A stretch of DNA of 53,268 nucleotides, taken from the sequence record OR327751.1. One strand, given 5' to 3'. The notes beneath the pieces were generated by a model. The model was not told the origin of the DNA. It searched no databases and worked only from the letters and a program-made list of their open reading frames with translations. Shown here one piece after another: positions 18,434-28,226 of this stretch; within the stretch, counting starts at the first letter, position 1, and every line of letters begins with the position of its first letter. This DNA is from Escherichia phage Ecp_YSF. Position numbers and translations under genes: made by a program.

Positions 18434-19882
18434 ATGTCAATCCCAATTTCTGACTTAGTTCAGGTTGATATCGCAATCTCCCCGAACGCCATTGCGACTG
18501 ATGGTTTTGGGCCATTGCTCTTCATGAGCAAAGAGTTTGTACCATCTGTTGATATATATCCAGTTCGTTCTTACACCAGTTTGAAAGAAGTTCTGGCAGA
18601 TTTCCCTGGTGGCGAGATTGCCAAAGCTGCTACCACTTGGTACTCGCAGAAACCGACTCCGAAGACTTTCCTGGTCGGCGCTATCAAGAATGATACAATG
18701 ACTCCAGCAACTCCTGCCACTGTTACTGCTGCATCTGCTGGTGTACTGTCAACGATTAAGCTGGAAACTGCTGCAACCCTACAGTTGAGTGTTAGTGGTG
18801 TTCAGTATGTCACTGACCCGATTAACTTCTCTTCTGCCGGAGATTTTGAAGAAGTTGCAACCCTGGTGACTACTGCACTGTCTTCTGTTGGTGCTGGCGT
18901 AACTGTTACTCAAGATGCTGGCAAGTTTAAGCTGACTACCTCTGCAACTGGCGCTAACGCAACTATCAGCAACGTTGGTGGTAAAGTTGGGGAAGTGTTG
19001 AAGCTGCAATCTTCCGACAATGCAGTCACTGTTGATGGCAAGAACGAGTTGTCTATTTCCTCCGACCTGGCTGCCATTGCGGATGCTCCATTTAACTTCT
19101 TCTATGTGGGCCTTGACCGCAAGTATCGTGGCAAGTTTACTCCGGTAGACAACCAAATGTCTGTGGCGAAGTGGTGCGAAGCATCCAGCAAAGTATTTGG
19201 CTGGGGCGACAGCGACAAGAATATTCTTATCAACGGCACTAACAACAGTTTCCGCCGCGCTAAGAACCAGAACCTGCGTAACACTCTGTGTGTTTACGAT
19301 GCTTCTACAAATGGTGACGAATATCCGGAAATTTCTATTCTGGGTCGTGCATCAACTGTCAACTTTAATGTTGCAAACTCTGTCCTCACTCTGGCATATA
19401 AGAAAGGTCCAGGTGTTGCCACTGCTGACTTATCTTCTGGCCAGTTGAGCGCACTACTTTCTTGTGGCGGTAACGCATTCATCTCCGTTGCTGGCAACGT
19501 AATGTTCTACAACGGCCGTATGGCTGACGGTACGTGGTTCGACTCCGTACAAGGTGTTGAATGGCTTACCCAGAAAGTTCGACTGAATGTGTTCAACTTG
19601 TTCTACACCTCCAATACCAAGATTCCTTGGACAGACACTGGTGTAGCAATGGTTAACCAGCAAGTAACCCTGGCGCTCGAACTCGCTAAGACTAACGGCC
19701 TCATTGCCCCTGGCTACGATAACGAAGGCGTCTTCTACCCAGAAGGCTACAAAGTTATCTCCACTCCGTTAGAACTCTTGCAGTCGCAGAAGGGTGAACG
19801 TATTTGGGAAGGTACTTCCTTTATTGCTATCGGTTCCGGTGCAATCCAGGGTGCTGTAATCTCTGGCAACTTCATTCAGTAA
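18434..19882 (+). CDS. tail sheath protein
   Basis: 482 aa directly upstream of a 151-aa tube-sized gene. Strong codon bias. Pattern resembles DUF3383 (from memory). Confidence 0.7.
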   Translation: MSIPISDLVQVDIAISPNAIATDGFGPLLFMSKEFVPSVDIYPVRSYTSLKEVLADFPGGEIAKAATTWYSQKPTPKTFLVGAIKNDTMTPATPATVTAASAGVLSTIKLETAATLQLSVSGVQYVTDPINFSSAGDFEEVATLVTTALSSVGAGVTVTQDAGKFKLTTSATGANATISNVGGKVGEVLKLQSSDNAVTVDGKNELSISSDLAAIADAPFNFFYVGLDRKYRGKFTPVDNQMSVAKWCEASSKVFGWGDSDKNILINGTNNSFRRAKNQNLRNTLCVYDASTNGDEYPEISILGRASTVNFNVANSVLTLAYKKGPGVATADLSSGQLSALLSCGGNAFISVAGNVMFYNGRMADGTWFDSVQGVEWLTQKVRLNVFNLFYTSNTKIPWTDTGVAMVNQQVTLALELAKTNGLIAPGYDNEGVFYPEGYKVISTPLELLQSQKGERIWEGTSFIAIGSGAIQGAVISGNFIQ

Positions 19883-19891
19883 GGGTGAACA

Positions 19892-20347
19892 GTGAAGCAA
19901 TATTCGTTTTATAATACAGACCTCCTGATTGACGGTGCTCGTGTAGACGGTTTTCAGGCAGGGCAATCTGTAATTACGGCACGCTACAACGTGCCACAAC
20001 ATGTTCCTGTAATGGATGCTTACGGCAAACTTGCTGTAGCAACCACTGCTGACCAGTCTGGGGTTATTACTTTCCCTCTGCTGCAAACGGCAGACTGGAA
20101 CGAAATTCTGTATCAACGTGCGCAGCTTACTCGTGCAACTGGCCTGTCTGGTAATAAATCCCTGTGGGAACCTTTGCAGATTCAGTTGGTAGATAAGATG
20201 GGCGACGTTCTGGTTAACGGTGTTAACGGTGCAATCCTGCAACAGCCTGCTATTGTTCGTGGTGTAACCTTTACATCCAACATGTGGGCTATCTTTGTAG
20301 AGCGCCTCACCATCGTAACTGGCCAGTATCCAGAAATCGGCGTATAA
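19892..20347 (+). CDS. tail tube protein
   Basis: 151 aa between the sheath and chaperone genes. GTG start follows GGGTGA. Confidence 0.6.
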   Translation: MKQYSFYNTDLLIDGARVDGFQAGQSVITARYNVPQHVPVMDAYGKLAVATTADQSGVITFPLLQTADWNEILYQRAQLTRATGLSGNKSLWEPLQIQLVDKMGDVLVNGVNGAILQQPAIVRGVTFTSNMWAIFVERLTIVTGQYPEIGV

Positions 20348-20362
20348 CATTAAGGTAAGAGC

Positions 20363-20821
20363 ATGGCTTGTGAACTTCGTCAACGCGAGTTACAAGCCGA
20401 CTCTGGTGATGTAGTCTTGGTTGGTACTCGTCAATTGAGTGCCAGCCAAGCTCTTGACCTACAAGTCGAGCTTGTTCAGAAACTTGGAACTTCAATCTTC
20501 CCATTCGTTGAGAATAAATATAACTTTGCAGACATTATTTATTTAATGCAGCAAGGTGGGACGAGTAACGAAGTAACAGAATTAATTAAACGTGTAGTGT
20601 GTATGGCAACCATTGATGGTGTCGAAGTTACTCCACGCACTATGCAAATGAAATACAACGGCAACTTGATGCTTATGCACCATGTGTTTGCATTTGTTTT
20701 GGAATCGAACTTCCTTGATTTTTTCAAGCAAGGGCTCGAACTCAACGAACGCAGACGATTGGAGGCGGTGGAAGCATCCAAGATGGCCGAGCAGAAGAAT
20801 TCGAGTCCGGAAACGATTTAA
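20363..20821 (+). CDS. tail assembly chaperone, short form (152 aa)
   Basis: Lies just upstream of the tape-measure-position gene. Confidence 0.6.
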   Translation: MACELRQRELQADSGDVVLVGTRQLSASQALDLQVELVQKLGTSIFPFVENKYNFADIIYLMQQGGTSNEVTELIKRVVCMATIDGVEVTPRTMQMKYNGNLMLMHHVFAFVLESNFLDFFKQGLELNERRRLEAVEASKMAEQKNSSPETI

Positions 20822-20997
20822 CTGCAAAGTTCCCGGAAATAAAATACTTCTTGCACCGTCCTGTAATAGAGGACAGTTCACTCTGTTCTCTTAAAGAGTT
20901 ACAAGATGGGACCTACTCTATTATGGATTTGTTGACCTTCCACGCAATACTCGATTTGCGTAACGAATTAAAACCTAAAGAAGAAGACAATGGCTAA
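20363..20997 (+). CDS. tail assembly chaperone, -1 frameshift long form (slip at T TTT TTC, 20719-20725; about 211 aa)
   Basis: The -1 frame is open 20719-20994 and ends at TAA 20995-20997, overlapping the ATG of the next gene. No start codon of its own. Confidence 0.55.
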
Positions 20998-23900
20998 TAA
21001 CATAAAAGATTTGATGAGAATGTCCGAAGCCGAATTGATTGGCTTAGGCGCTCAATATGGTCTGTCGTTCAATCCAGGTATGCGCAAACGAGATATGGCA
21101 CAGCAACTTGAATCAAGTGCTGCATCTGGTTGGATGGAAACAAATTCGCAGCTTATGGAAGAAACCCATACAGAAGATGATGGCATCTCTTATGGCACTT
21201 CCGACATGATTTCAGACTCAGCCCACATTGCACAGATGATTTCTGGCGCTGGGCTGACTGAAACATTCCATGCTGCAATGAACGGTCCAAGTCACCATGT
21301 AGAAGCTATTCATGCCTACATGGAGAAATTAGGTGTATCCGCCGATGATGTGTGGATGCACATGCCCAAAGCAAACCCGAACAAACCGGAAGGTCATTGG
21401 GGAATGCTTAATGCGTACATGCGTGATACGCTGACAGGCCATCAAGATATAATGCCAGAGCTTCCTGGACATTATTCGGGCGACATTATGGGCGAGTATT
21501 CCACAAACCGTGGAGATATTGCCAAGTCGTTCGGCTATCTTGCCCACATGTATGTTGACCGTGAACAATACGACAACCCAGACCGCTATGCACGAGATGT
21601 TTATCGTGTAGCCAAACGTTTAGAATCAGAATTGCCGCAAAACTTCCGAGAAGTTGCTGCGGTATCTGCAATGAATGTAGGAAATAAGTCGGGGCCAAAA
21701 CTTTCATACATGGATTCATTGCCTAAACTTGGCTCTGAATCAATTGTTAGTGGTATCCAACACCCTCGACAGCCACTTAACGCATCTGGTTTACCACTTG
21801 GTTCATTTGGCAGCGGTATTAATGCCGAATACTCATTATCTGCATCCTTGTCTGGCTCGCCAGGCTGGTCTGATGTAAGTAGGACTCTGTACCAAGATGT
21901 TTCTAGCGTAGTTAAGTCTGCGGCAAAGGTCTATTCTGGTGATTCTGAAAGAGGAATGAACGCGTACCGCACTCAATCTTCTGACAGAGATTTGATTCTT
22001 GATTCTGCTTCCCGCTATGCAGACATTATAGATGTTCGTTCTGGGTATGAGAATCTTAAGAAAGATATTGGTGACGACCCTCGCTACTCTGGTGCATCCA
22101 TCCGTGGCGTACTTGAGAATGCTCACCAATATAATGAGGCAGAGGTAAGCAAGACATTTGACCCTGCTGAACGCTTAAGAAACACTGAACCTGCCGAACT
22201 AAGCCCTTCAACAGAGTTTATTACGCAACTCGATTCACCAACGAGTTGGAACTCTGCTCGCGCTCGTCGTGAGAGTATTGCTATATCTAACTTGGACTCT
22301 GCTCCACAACCAGCTCCGAAAGAAGGCCCAATCCATTATCACAACATGGAACAGGGAACTCAGGAATGGTTGGACTTCCGCAAACAATACGACATTACTG
22401 GCTCCACTGTTGGTTCGTTTCTTGGTAACAATGAATACACCCGACCTTGGGCTGCAATGATTGATAAAATTGGCCTACAACGCGGAAAGGGGCCAAGTGA
22501 ATTTACTAAAAGAATGTTCGAAGCAGGTCATCGGACGGAAGAAATTGCTCGTAACCGTGTCGCCAAAGAGTTTGGATTCGATATCGAGCAAGCTGGCGCA
22601 ATAACAAATGACAATTATCCGTCGTTCATGTATTCTCCAGATGGCCTTATCGGTGATGACGCGATTTGGGAACACAAGAATCCTGAAAGGGCTAAAAAGT
22701 TTTCTAATCTCTCTGCTGGCGAGCATAAGGACTATTTCGACCAAATTCAATTTGGCTTGCTTGTATCTGGCCGTAGTCGTGCACTGTTCTCTCAGACAAT
22801 CGGGGACAAGACGGTATCTGAGTGGATTGAGAAAGACGAGGGATGGTACGAGCGCAACAAAGATAAGATTGATTCTACTATTGGGCGTCTCAATGCTGGT
22901 CGAAAGTTTGTTGAAGATAATCCAGACTTACCTAATGATGAGTTAATCAAGGGTGCTCGTGCTGCAATGACTGGCGATGGCATCTGGAAAGATGTTAAGC
23001 AAAGGTCGACTCGTGGATATTCTGCCGCAGCTGGAACACCTGATGACCCATTCATAGGCAACCGCACTGATGCTGGAATTGGCGAGGCCACGACTTCTGC
23101 CGTAGGCTCTGACAGCACGACTGGCAATGACTCGATGGCAGTATCTGTCAAGAAAGGTATTCTTGCTGCACAGGAAGAAAACAAACTGCGCGGACAAGAT
23201 GCCGACTTTGGTGGAAATGATGGTCGTGGTGGCGGTGGTGGCTTCTGGGATACATTTGATGCCAGCAGTTATGGTATCAGCGGAGGTGGTTCTGGTGGCG
23301 GTGGTCGTGGTGGTTGGAGAGTTGGCGGTAGCTTCTCAGATGACTTCGGTCGTGCTGGTGGGGCATTGGCTGCTGGCGTAGCTGGTGGCAGTATTGGTTC
23401 ATTATCCAATGGCGCAATGAATGCCCTCATGATGACTCCTTGGGGTCGTGTAGCTGGCATGGCTATTGGTGCTGCCCAGATTGGAAACGAAGCTCTGGAA
23501 GGTCTGAACGACTTCTATGGCAATTCTTTAGATGCTGGTGTTAATAATCCTAACGAGTATTCTTCCATGACTCAGGGCATGGAAATGTTGGGACTTAACT
23601 CACAACAAGCCAATCGACTCAATCAAACCACACATAGTGCCTATAACACCCTCCTAAATGGCGACCCCAGCGGCGCTGTGAACATCGTTCAGGGAACCCG
23701 TGGTCTTATCACAATTGGCGACATTCGTGCGGCACAGGGCGACCCTGTGGCCCTAGCGCGGATAATGCGTGAGCGTGGTCAGGAACGGGGTTGGAGTCAG
23801 GCCCGTATTGCTGGTGCAATGCAAATGGCTGGTCTGGATGGTATGGCTCGTGCCTATGACCGTACAGAATACAGCATGGGCGAGGCTGAGGCGAACGTTA

Positions 23901-24661
23901 AGCGCGGAGCCGACTCAAACTATGCCGAAGGCGTTGCACAGCTAGGAATCGCGCAGACGGAGCGTGCTGGCGTACTGCCTGGATACGCTGTTCCGCAAGC
24001 TGCAATTTCATACGGCAGCACCTTTATTGAGGCAGGTGGTGACGCAGCCAGAGTGATGCGTATGACCTCCAACGGTACAGCCGATGCAGCACGTAATGTT
24101 TATGACTTTATCGCGGGAGAAGAGTCAGGGAACCGCGATTTTAACGCAGATGGTTCGGTAGTTACATCGCCAACTGGTGCTAAAGGTCGTATGCAAGTTC
24201 TTGATTCAACTTCTCGTGACCCTGGCTTTGGTGTTCGTCCTGCCAAAGATAACTCACTTGAAGAACGTGCTCGTGTTGGTCGTGATTATTACGATGCAAT
24301 GCTTAAGCGATATAATGGTGACGCTGAGAAGGCTATGGCGGCGTATACAGATGGTGCCGGGACTGTTGATGATGCTATCAACAAACATGGAACCGACTGG
24401 CTGAACGCTGTTCCACTACAGGCACAGAACCGTGTCAAGAAGTACCGCGAATGGGCTTCTCAGGGAGATTCTATTGCAGAAGGTGCAACTGGATTCACCA
24501 GAAACGGACTGTCCTATGGTCAGACACAGCCCACCATAGTTAACGTTGAAGTCAAAGCTACCGTAAACAACAAACAAGCGTCTGCAACCGTGTCAACTCC
24601 GAACGGTCAAACTGTTACCCAAACAATCAACATGGGTAATGGTGCAATGGAACGCAGATAA
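20990..24661 (+). CDS. tape-measure-position multidomain protein: HeH/Rho_N-like N-terminus, YqaJ-type PD-(D/E)XK nuclease domain, Gly-rich/hydrophobic segment, C-terminal lytic transglycosylase
   Basis: HeH pattern LMRMSEAELIGLGAQYGLSFNPGMRKRDMAQQL. YqaJ pattern QGTQEWLDFRKQYDITGSTVG...YSPDG...WEHK, with D551, E561 and K563. SLT pattern EESGNRDFN...GAKGRMQVLDST...AAYTDGAG. Confidence 0.7.
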   Translation: MANNIKDLMRMSEAELIGLGAQYGLSFNPGMRKRDMAQQLESSAASGWMETNSQLMEETHTEDDGISYGTSDMISDSAHIAQMISGAGLTETFHAAMNGPSHHVEAIHAYMEKLGVSADDVWMHMPKANPNKPEGHWGMLNAYMRDTLTGHQDIMPELPGHYSGDIMGEYSTNRGDIAKSFGYLAHMYVDREQYDNPDRYARDVYRVAKRLESELPQNFREVAAVSAMNVGNKSGPKLSYMDSLPKLGSESIVSGIQHPRQPLNASGLPLGSFGSGINAEYSLSASLSGSPGWSDVSRTLYQDVSSVVKSAAKVYSGDSERGMNAYRTQSSDRDLILDSASRYADIIDVRSGYENLKKDIGDDPRYSGASIRGVLENAHQYNEAEVSKTFDPAERLRNTEPAELSPSTEFITQLDSPTSWNSARARRESIAISNLDSAPQPAPKEGPIHYHNMEQGTQEWLDFRKQYDITGSTVGSFLGNNEYTRPWAAMIDKIGLQRGKGPSEFTKRMFEAGHRTEEIARNRVAKEFGFDIEQAGAITNDNYPSFMYSPDGLIGDDAIWEHKNPERAKKFSNLSAGEHKDYFDQIQFGLLVSGRSRALFSQTIGDKTVSEWIEKDEGWYERNKDKIDSTIGRLNAGRKFVEDNPDLPNDELIKGARAAMTGDGIWKDVKQRSTRGYSAAAGTPDDPFIGNRTDAGIGEATTSAVGSDSTTGNDSMAVSVKKGILAAQEENKLRGQDADFGGNDGRGGGGGFWDTFDASSYGISGGGSGGGGRGGWRVGGSFSDDFGRAGGALAAGVAGGSIGSLSNGAMNALMMTPWGRVAGMAIGAAQIGNEALEGLNDFYGNSLDAGVNNPNEYSSMTQGMEMLGLNSQQANRLNQTTHSAYNTLLNGDPSGAVNIVQGTRGLITIGDIRAAQGDPVALARIMRERGQERGWSQARIAGAMQMAGLDGMARAYDRTEYSMGEAEANVKRGADSNYAEGVAQLGIAQTERAGVLPGYAVPQAAISYGSTFIEAGGDAARVMRMTSNGTADAARNVYDFIAGEESGNRDFNADGSVVTSPTGAKGRMQVLDSTSRDPGFGVRPAKDNSLEERARVGRDYYDAMLKRYNGDAEKAMAAYTDGAGTVDDAINKHGTDWLNAVPLQAQNRVKKYREWASQGDSIAEGATGFTRNGLSYGQTQPTIVNVEVKATVNNKQASATVSTPNGQTVTQTINMGNGAMERR

Positions 24662-24666
24662 GAAAG

Positions 24667-24695
24667 TGCCGGGATTAATCTCGGCATTCTTCTTT
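24667..24695 (+). terminator. rho-independent terminator
   Basis: TGCCGGGA-TTAA-TCTCGGCA followed by TTCTTCTTT. Confidence 0.7.
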
Positions 24696-24736
24696 AACAT
24701 TATTTGAATATGTATTAATTTCAATAGGTGTATAAC

Positions 24737-25834
24737 ATGCCGTGGATGCGTGGTATAGAGATAGTTGTCTCAAGAAAGGATGACCCAGAAACCAAGTCTG
24801 TGTTTAAAGCACACAAGATTGATTTCACCATCCGGTCAACTGTTGGTTGGCCAGCAGATACTGCCGATATTACTCTATACAACCTGGGCGTCGATGAAGT
24901 TAAATTCCTTCAAGACAAGTCCTATGGTGATATGTATATTGAAATTCGTGCAGGATATTACGAAGACGAGCGTGTCGTTAATGCTGGTCATAATAAGTAT
25001 CAAAGCCCAGGTCAGATGGATTCGGAAGTAAGGGTTGAGATTGGCCAAGTCCTTCCAACAATCTTCTCTGGCATCGTAACAAACGCAGTGGGATTCAGAC
25101 GCCCTCCAGAACACATAACACAATTGTTTTGTATCTCCAAAGCCTATGGTGCATCTACTGAGTTTACTCAGATGAGGGACATTCCAAATGGGGCAACCTT
25201 GGAAGATGCCATTCGTTCTATGTGTGCTGACTATGGCTTCTCAACCATTTCATCTTTTGGTGTTGAAGAATCTGTATTCAAAACCAAGTTGAAGTTAGGT
25301 CGAGTATTCCATGACACATTCTTGGAAGAATTTCGGGCCTTGCTTGGGGAATATAATTTACTATTCTCAGTAACAACTGGTGAGATTCAAATCTTTCCAG
25401 ACACCTACGGCAATAAAGATGCTGTAGACAGAATGTCAAAAGACCGTGAACCAATCAAGCTGGATGCCAATCAGGTTATTGGGAACCCTATTGCTGGAAT
25501 TGCAACATACTCCTTGAATACATTTCTTAACGCCAGCTATCAGCCAGGAATGATTCTGGATGTATCTCCTTTGTTGGGAGAACAATTGCTGGCTAATGGC
25601 GTTACTTCGGTAAATGGAAAAGGTGTTGTATTAAACACAGACCAAAGCGTGTTCCGTTGGGCGATGGAAGATAAATACTTCATCACAGAAGTTGTCCATC
25701 ATGGCTCAACCCATGAAACTGTTTTCCAAACATCCATCACTGCAATGCTTGGTGGCAATACTGCAATGGGCGGTAAAGAAGCGGCTTGGCAGCAAGCCTA
25801 CTTAAACAGTGGAATGGCTATGGAGTCTTTCTAA
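24737..25834 (+). CDS. putative baseplate hub / tail protein
   Basis: ATG 24737 lies 6 nt after AGGTG. The ADITLYNLG-type motif recalls gpD/XkdQ-like hub proteins (from memory). Confidence 0.4.
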   Translation: MPWMRGIEIVVSRKDDPETKSVFKAHKIDFTIRSTVGWPADTADITLYNLGVDEVKFLQDKSYGDMYIEIRAGYYEDERVVNAGHNKYQSPGQMDSEVRVEIGQVLPTIFSGIVTNAVGFRRPPEHITQLFCISKAYGASTEFTQMRDIPNGATLEDAIRSMCADYGFSTISSFGVEESVFKTKLKLGRVFHDTFLEEFRALLGEYNLLFSVTTGEIQIFPDTYGNKDAVDRMSKDREPIKLDANQVIGNPIAGIATYSLNTFLNASYQPGMILDVSPLLGEQLLANGVTSVNGKGVVLNTDQSVFRWAMEDKYFITEVVHHGSTHETVFQTSITAMLGGNTAMGGKEAAWQQAYLNSGMAMESF

Positions 25835-26736
25835 TGGCATTAATTGATACAAGTCTTATTGGGGATGGATTATCATCCCTATCGAAAGCATTTAGTTATG
25901 GGCATAACCCGTCTGTGATTATGTGGTCTAATGGCCCATCGGTCCAGAAAGAAGACGAAGGATTGTTTGGTAAAGCCTTTGGTGGCATTGCTAAGACAAT
26001 GGAACCTCTTGTTACATCTTCGGCCCCAGAGAGTTTCAACTCTTTTAAGTTCGATGCAATTGTTAGTGAAGAGCACGATGCTCAGTCGGTCGTTACCAAG
26101 TTCCCTGTAAGTTCTGGCTTCATGGTTAGTGACCACATTATCAAACAAAACCGAATCTTAAAACTAACTGCTGTTGCAACAAACATGCAGAACGCTGCAA
26201 TGTGGACTGCTTCTGTTCAGGGTTTATCTGTTGCCACTGGTGCAATCTTTAACAACCCAATCATTCCCATCATCGGTGCTGCTGCTGGTGCTGTTGCCTC
26301 TGCATTTGAAACGAGCAATCGAATCCAGTCTACCTACGATTTGTTCAACAACTTTCGCTCAACCGGAACCAAGCTGTACATCTCCACTATCATCGGCCCT
26401 TATTTGAATTGTGTAGTAACTGGCATTCGAACTAAGACTGACAAAATGACTTCTGCAATTCTGGCTGTTGAAATTACACTGGAAGAGCTGCAAGTTATTG
26501 GTGAAGATGTTCTGGCAATCGAGGCTCGTAAAGCAATGCAGTCTATGACAGATTATTCAGAATTTGGGAAGATTGCTCAAAGTGCTGGTATAGGTGCTCT
26601 TGGCGGTGCTGGCGTAACTCTCCCAGGTCTGGGTGCAGTTGGCGCTACGGCAGTGAGTCAGCTTGGTACGTTAAAAGATAAACTTGCCAAACTGGAATCT
26701 CCTCTGTCCTCGGTTAAAGGGAAGCTGTTCAAATGA
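25834..26736 (+). CDS. tail/baseplate protein with Gly/Ala-rich hydrophobic segments
   Basis: TAATG overlap with the upstream gene, and GGAG at 25822-25825. The ORF-track start is 25786. Confidence 0.5.
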   Translation: MALIDTSLIGDGLSSLSKAFSYGHNPSVIMWSNGPSVQKEDEGLFGKAFGGIAKTMEPLVTSSAPESFNSFKFDAIVSEEHDAQSVVTKFPVSSGFMVSDHIIKQNRILKLTAVATNMQNAAMWTASVQGLSVATGAIFNNPIIPIIGAAAGAVASAFETSNRIQSTYDLFNNFRSTGTKLYISTIIGPYLNCVVTGIRTKTDKMTSAILAVEITLEELQVIGEDVLAIEARKAMQSMTDYSEFGKIAQSAGIGALGGAGVTLPGLGAVGATAVSQLGTLKDKLAKLESPLSSVKGKLFK

Positions 26737-27095
26737 CAGAACAACAAGCTATGCAAGAGATATTATCACTACTCCCACCAGGATATGTGAAGACTGTCCC
26801 ATACGATACCTCAAAGGATGTATCTTTCGAGTTTCGTGGTGTCACAGTTAAAATGTCTGCATTGTATTTAAACGAGTATTTAAACTGCTACATGTTTGAC
26901 CTTGCTTGGGGTTCATCTGAAAAGATTTATGGAATCCCTATTCGCGGAGGTGTTGATATTCTTAAGCAATACAGCACACCACTGCCAAACATGTACGTTA
27001 CGAATACTGTAAGTCCAGGAGAAGAGGTCTACACTTGGCGACAAATGTTCCTCTTCATTGTAGATGCGAGTGTACTTGAACGTGGCGAGTCATAA
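26733..27095 (+). CDS. baseplate-module hypothetical protein (120 aa)
   Basis: ATGA overlap with the upstream gene. Confidence 0.5.
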   Translation: MTEQQAMQEILSLLPPGYVKTVPYDTSKDVSFEFRGVTVKMSALYLNEYLNCYMFDLAWGSSEKIYGIPIRGGVDILKQYSTPLPNMYVTNTVSPGEEVYTWRQMFLFIVDASVLERGES

Positions 27096-27855
27096 CAACG
27101 ATGTAAAGTCTGCAACTGTTAATACAGGATACCCAGGCCATATTTATAACTTCGATGCTGTAACTCAAACCTGTGAGGTGCAGCTTGCAATCGAAAACCT
27201 ATTTACAGGCTACACCAATGCCTACACCTTAGAGAAGAAGAAGCGGCTCAGAAATGTTCCTGTGCAGTTCATCCAAGGTGGCGGCTGGAGTCTAACACAT
27301 CCGGTTCCAGATGGTACTCCTTGCTATGTTCATTTTGCTCAGCGCGGGATTGAACATTGGTTGGCAGAGAATAGAGACTCTGCTGGCATGATTGGTGGAA
27401 GACCTGCCCCAGCATTCAGTCAGTTGTTCTCCCACAACTCTGCTGTGTGCATTATTGGGATACAACCAATTCCAGGTGCAATACCAGGATTTAATGCAGG
27501 AGTTACTGAACTCCGAAATGCAAGTCGTGACCAACGTCTGACTCTTCATGGTGACGGAAAGGTAGAACTTATTACTGGTGCTGCAAAGATTACAATCACG
27601 AAAGATTCGGAGATAGTAATTGAAGCGACAGAAAAAGCGTCTGTTATCTCGCCGCAAATCCTTTTGGATGGCGACACCACAGTTACAAAATCGCTCACCG
27701 TTCTCGGAGGAATGTCAGTGTCAGGTGGCAGTGGTGGAACAATGTCAATTACGGGCGATATGGTTCAACAGGGTACGTTCACCATTAACGGAGTCACGGT
27801 TAACGAACACACCCACACTAACCCAGAAGGCGGCGATGTAGGGCCGATGAAATAA
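27064..27855 (+). CDS. baseplate central spike protein (P2 gpV / Mu gp45-like)
   Basis: C-terminal VNEHTHTNPEGGDVGPM motif is typical of gpV/gp45 spikes. Start uncertain. Confidence 0.55.
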   Translation: MRVYLNVASHNNDVKSATVNTGYPGHIYNFDAVTQTCEVQLAIENLFTGYTNAYTLEKKKRLRNVPVQFIQGGGWSLTHPVPDGTPCYVHFAQRGIEHWLAENRDSAGMIGGRPAPAFSQLFSHNSAVCIIGIQPIPGAIPGFNAGVTELRNASRDQRLTLHGDGKVELITGAAKITITKDSEIVIEATEKASVISPQILLDGDTTVTKSLTVLGGMSVSGGSGGTMSITGDMVQQGTFTINGVTVNEHTHTNPEGGDVGPMK

Positions 27856-28226
27856 TGGCTGGAAACTTACTGTTAGATTCTAACCACGATATTATTATTG
27901 GTCGTGGTGCAACCAGGGTCGGTGGTGTAGAAGAGGTTGCTCAAATAGTTAAGTGCAGATTACTAACAGTGTTCGGAGAATGGAAACATGACACGACCAC
28001 TGGCCTCCCTTGGTTCGAGGGAATCTTCACTAAGACTGTCAGAACTGCTGATATTGAAGCAGCCATCGCCAACGTCATTCGAAGCACCCCAGGTGTTCAA
28101 CAACTTATCTCTATAAATATTGATGCTGACTTCCGTGAGCGTGAAGTAAGAGTTTCATTCATTGCTATCTCAGATTATGGAAGTCTTGAGGATTACTTAA
28201 CATGGCAACAATCCAGTACGGCGTGA
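27855..28226 (+). CDS. baseplate wedge protein (gpW/gp25- or Mu gp46-like)
   Basis: 123 aa. LLTVFGEWKHDTTTGLPW pattern. TAATG overlap with the upstream gene. Confidence 0.5.
   Translation: MAGNLLLDSNHDIIIGRGATRVGGVEEVAQIVKCRLLTVFGEWKHDTTTGLPWFEGIFTKTVRTADIEAAIANVIRSTPGVQQLISINIDADFREREVRVSFIAISDYGSLEDYLTWQQSSTA

Noticed and set aside
20682-20894. +1-frame ORF as the chaperone frameshift extension.
   Set aside because: It stops 96 nt before the next gene and has no slippery context. The -1 frame runs to the tape-measure-position ATG and starts at a canonical T TTT TTC heptamer.
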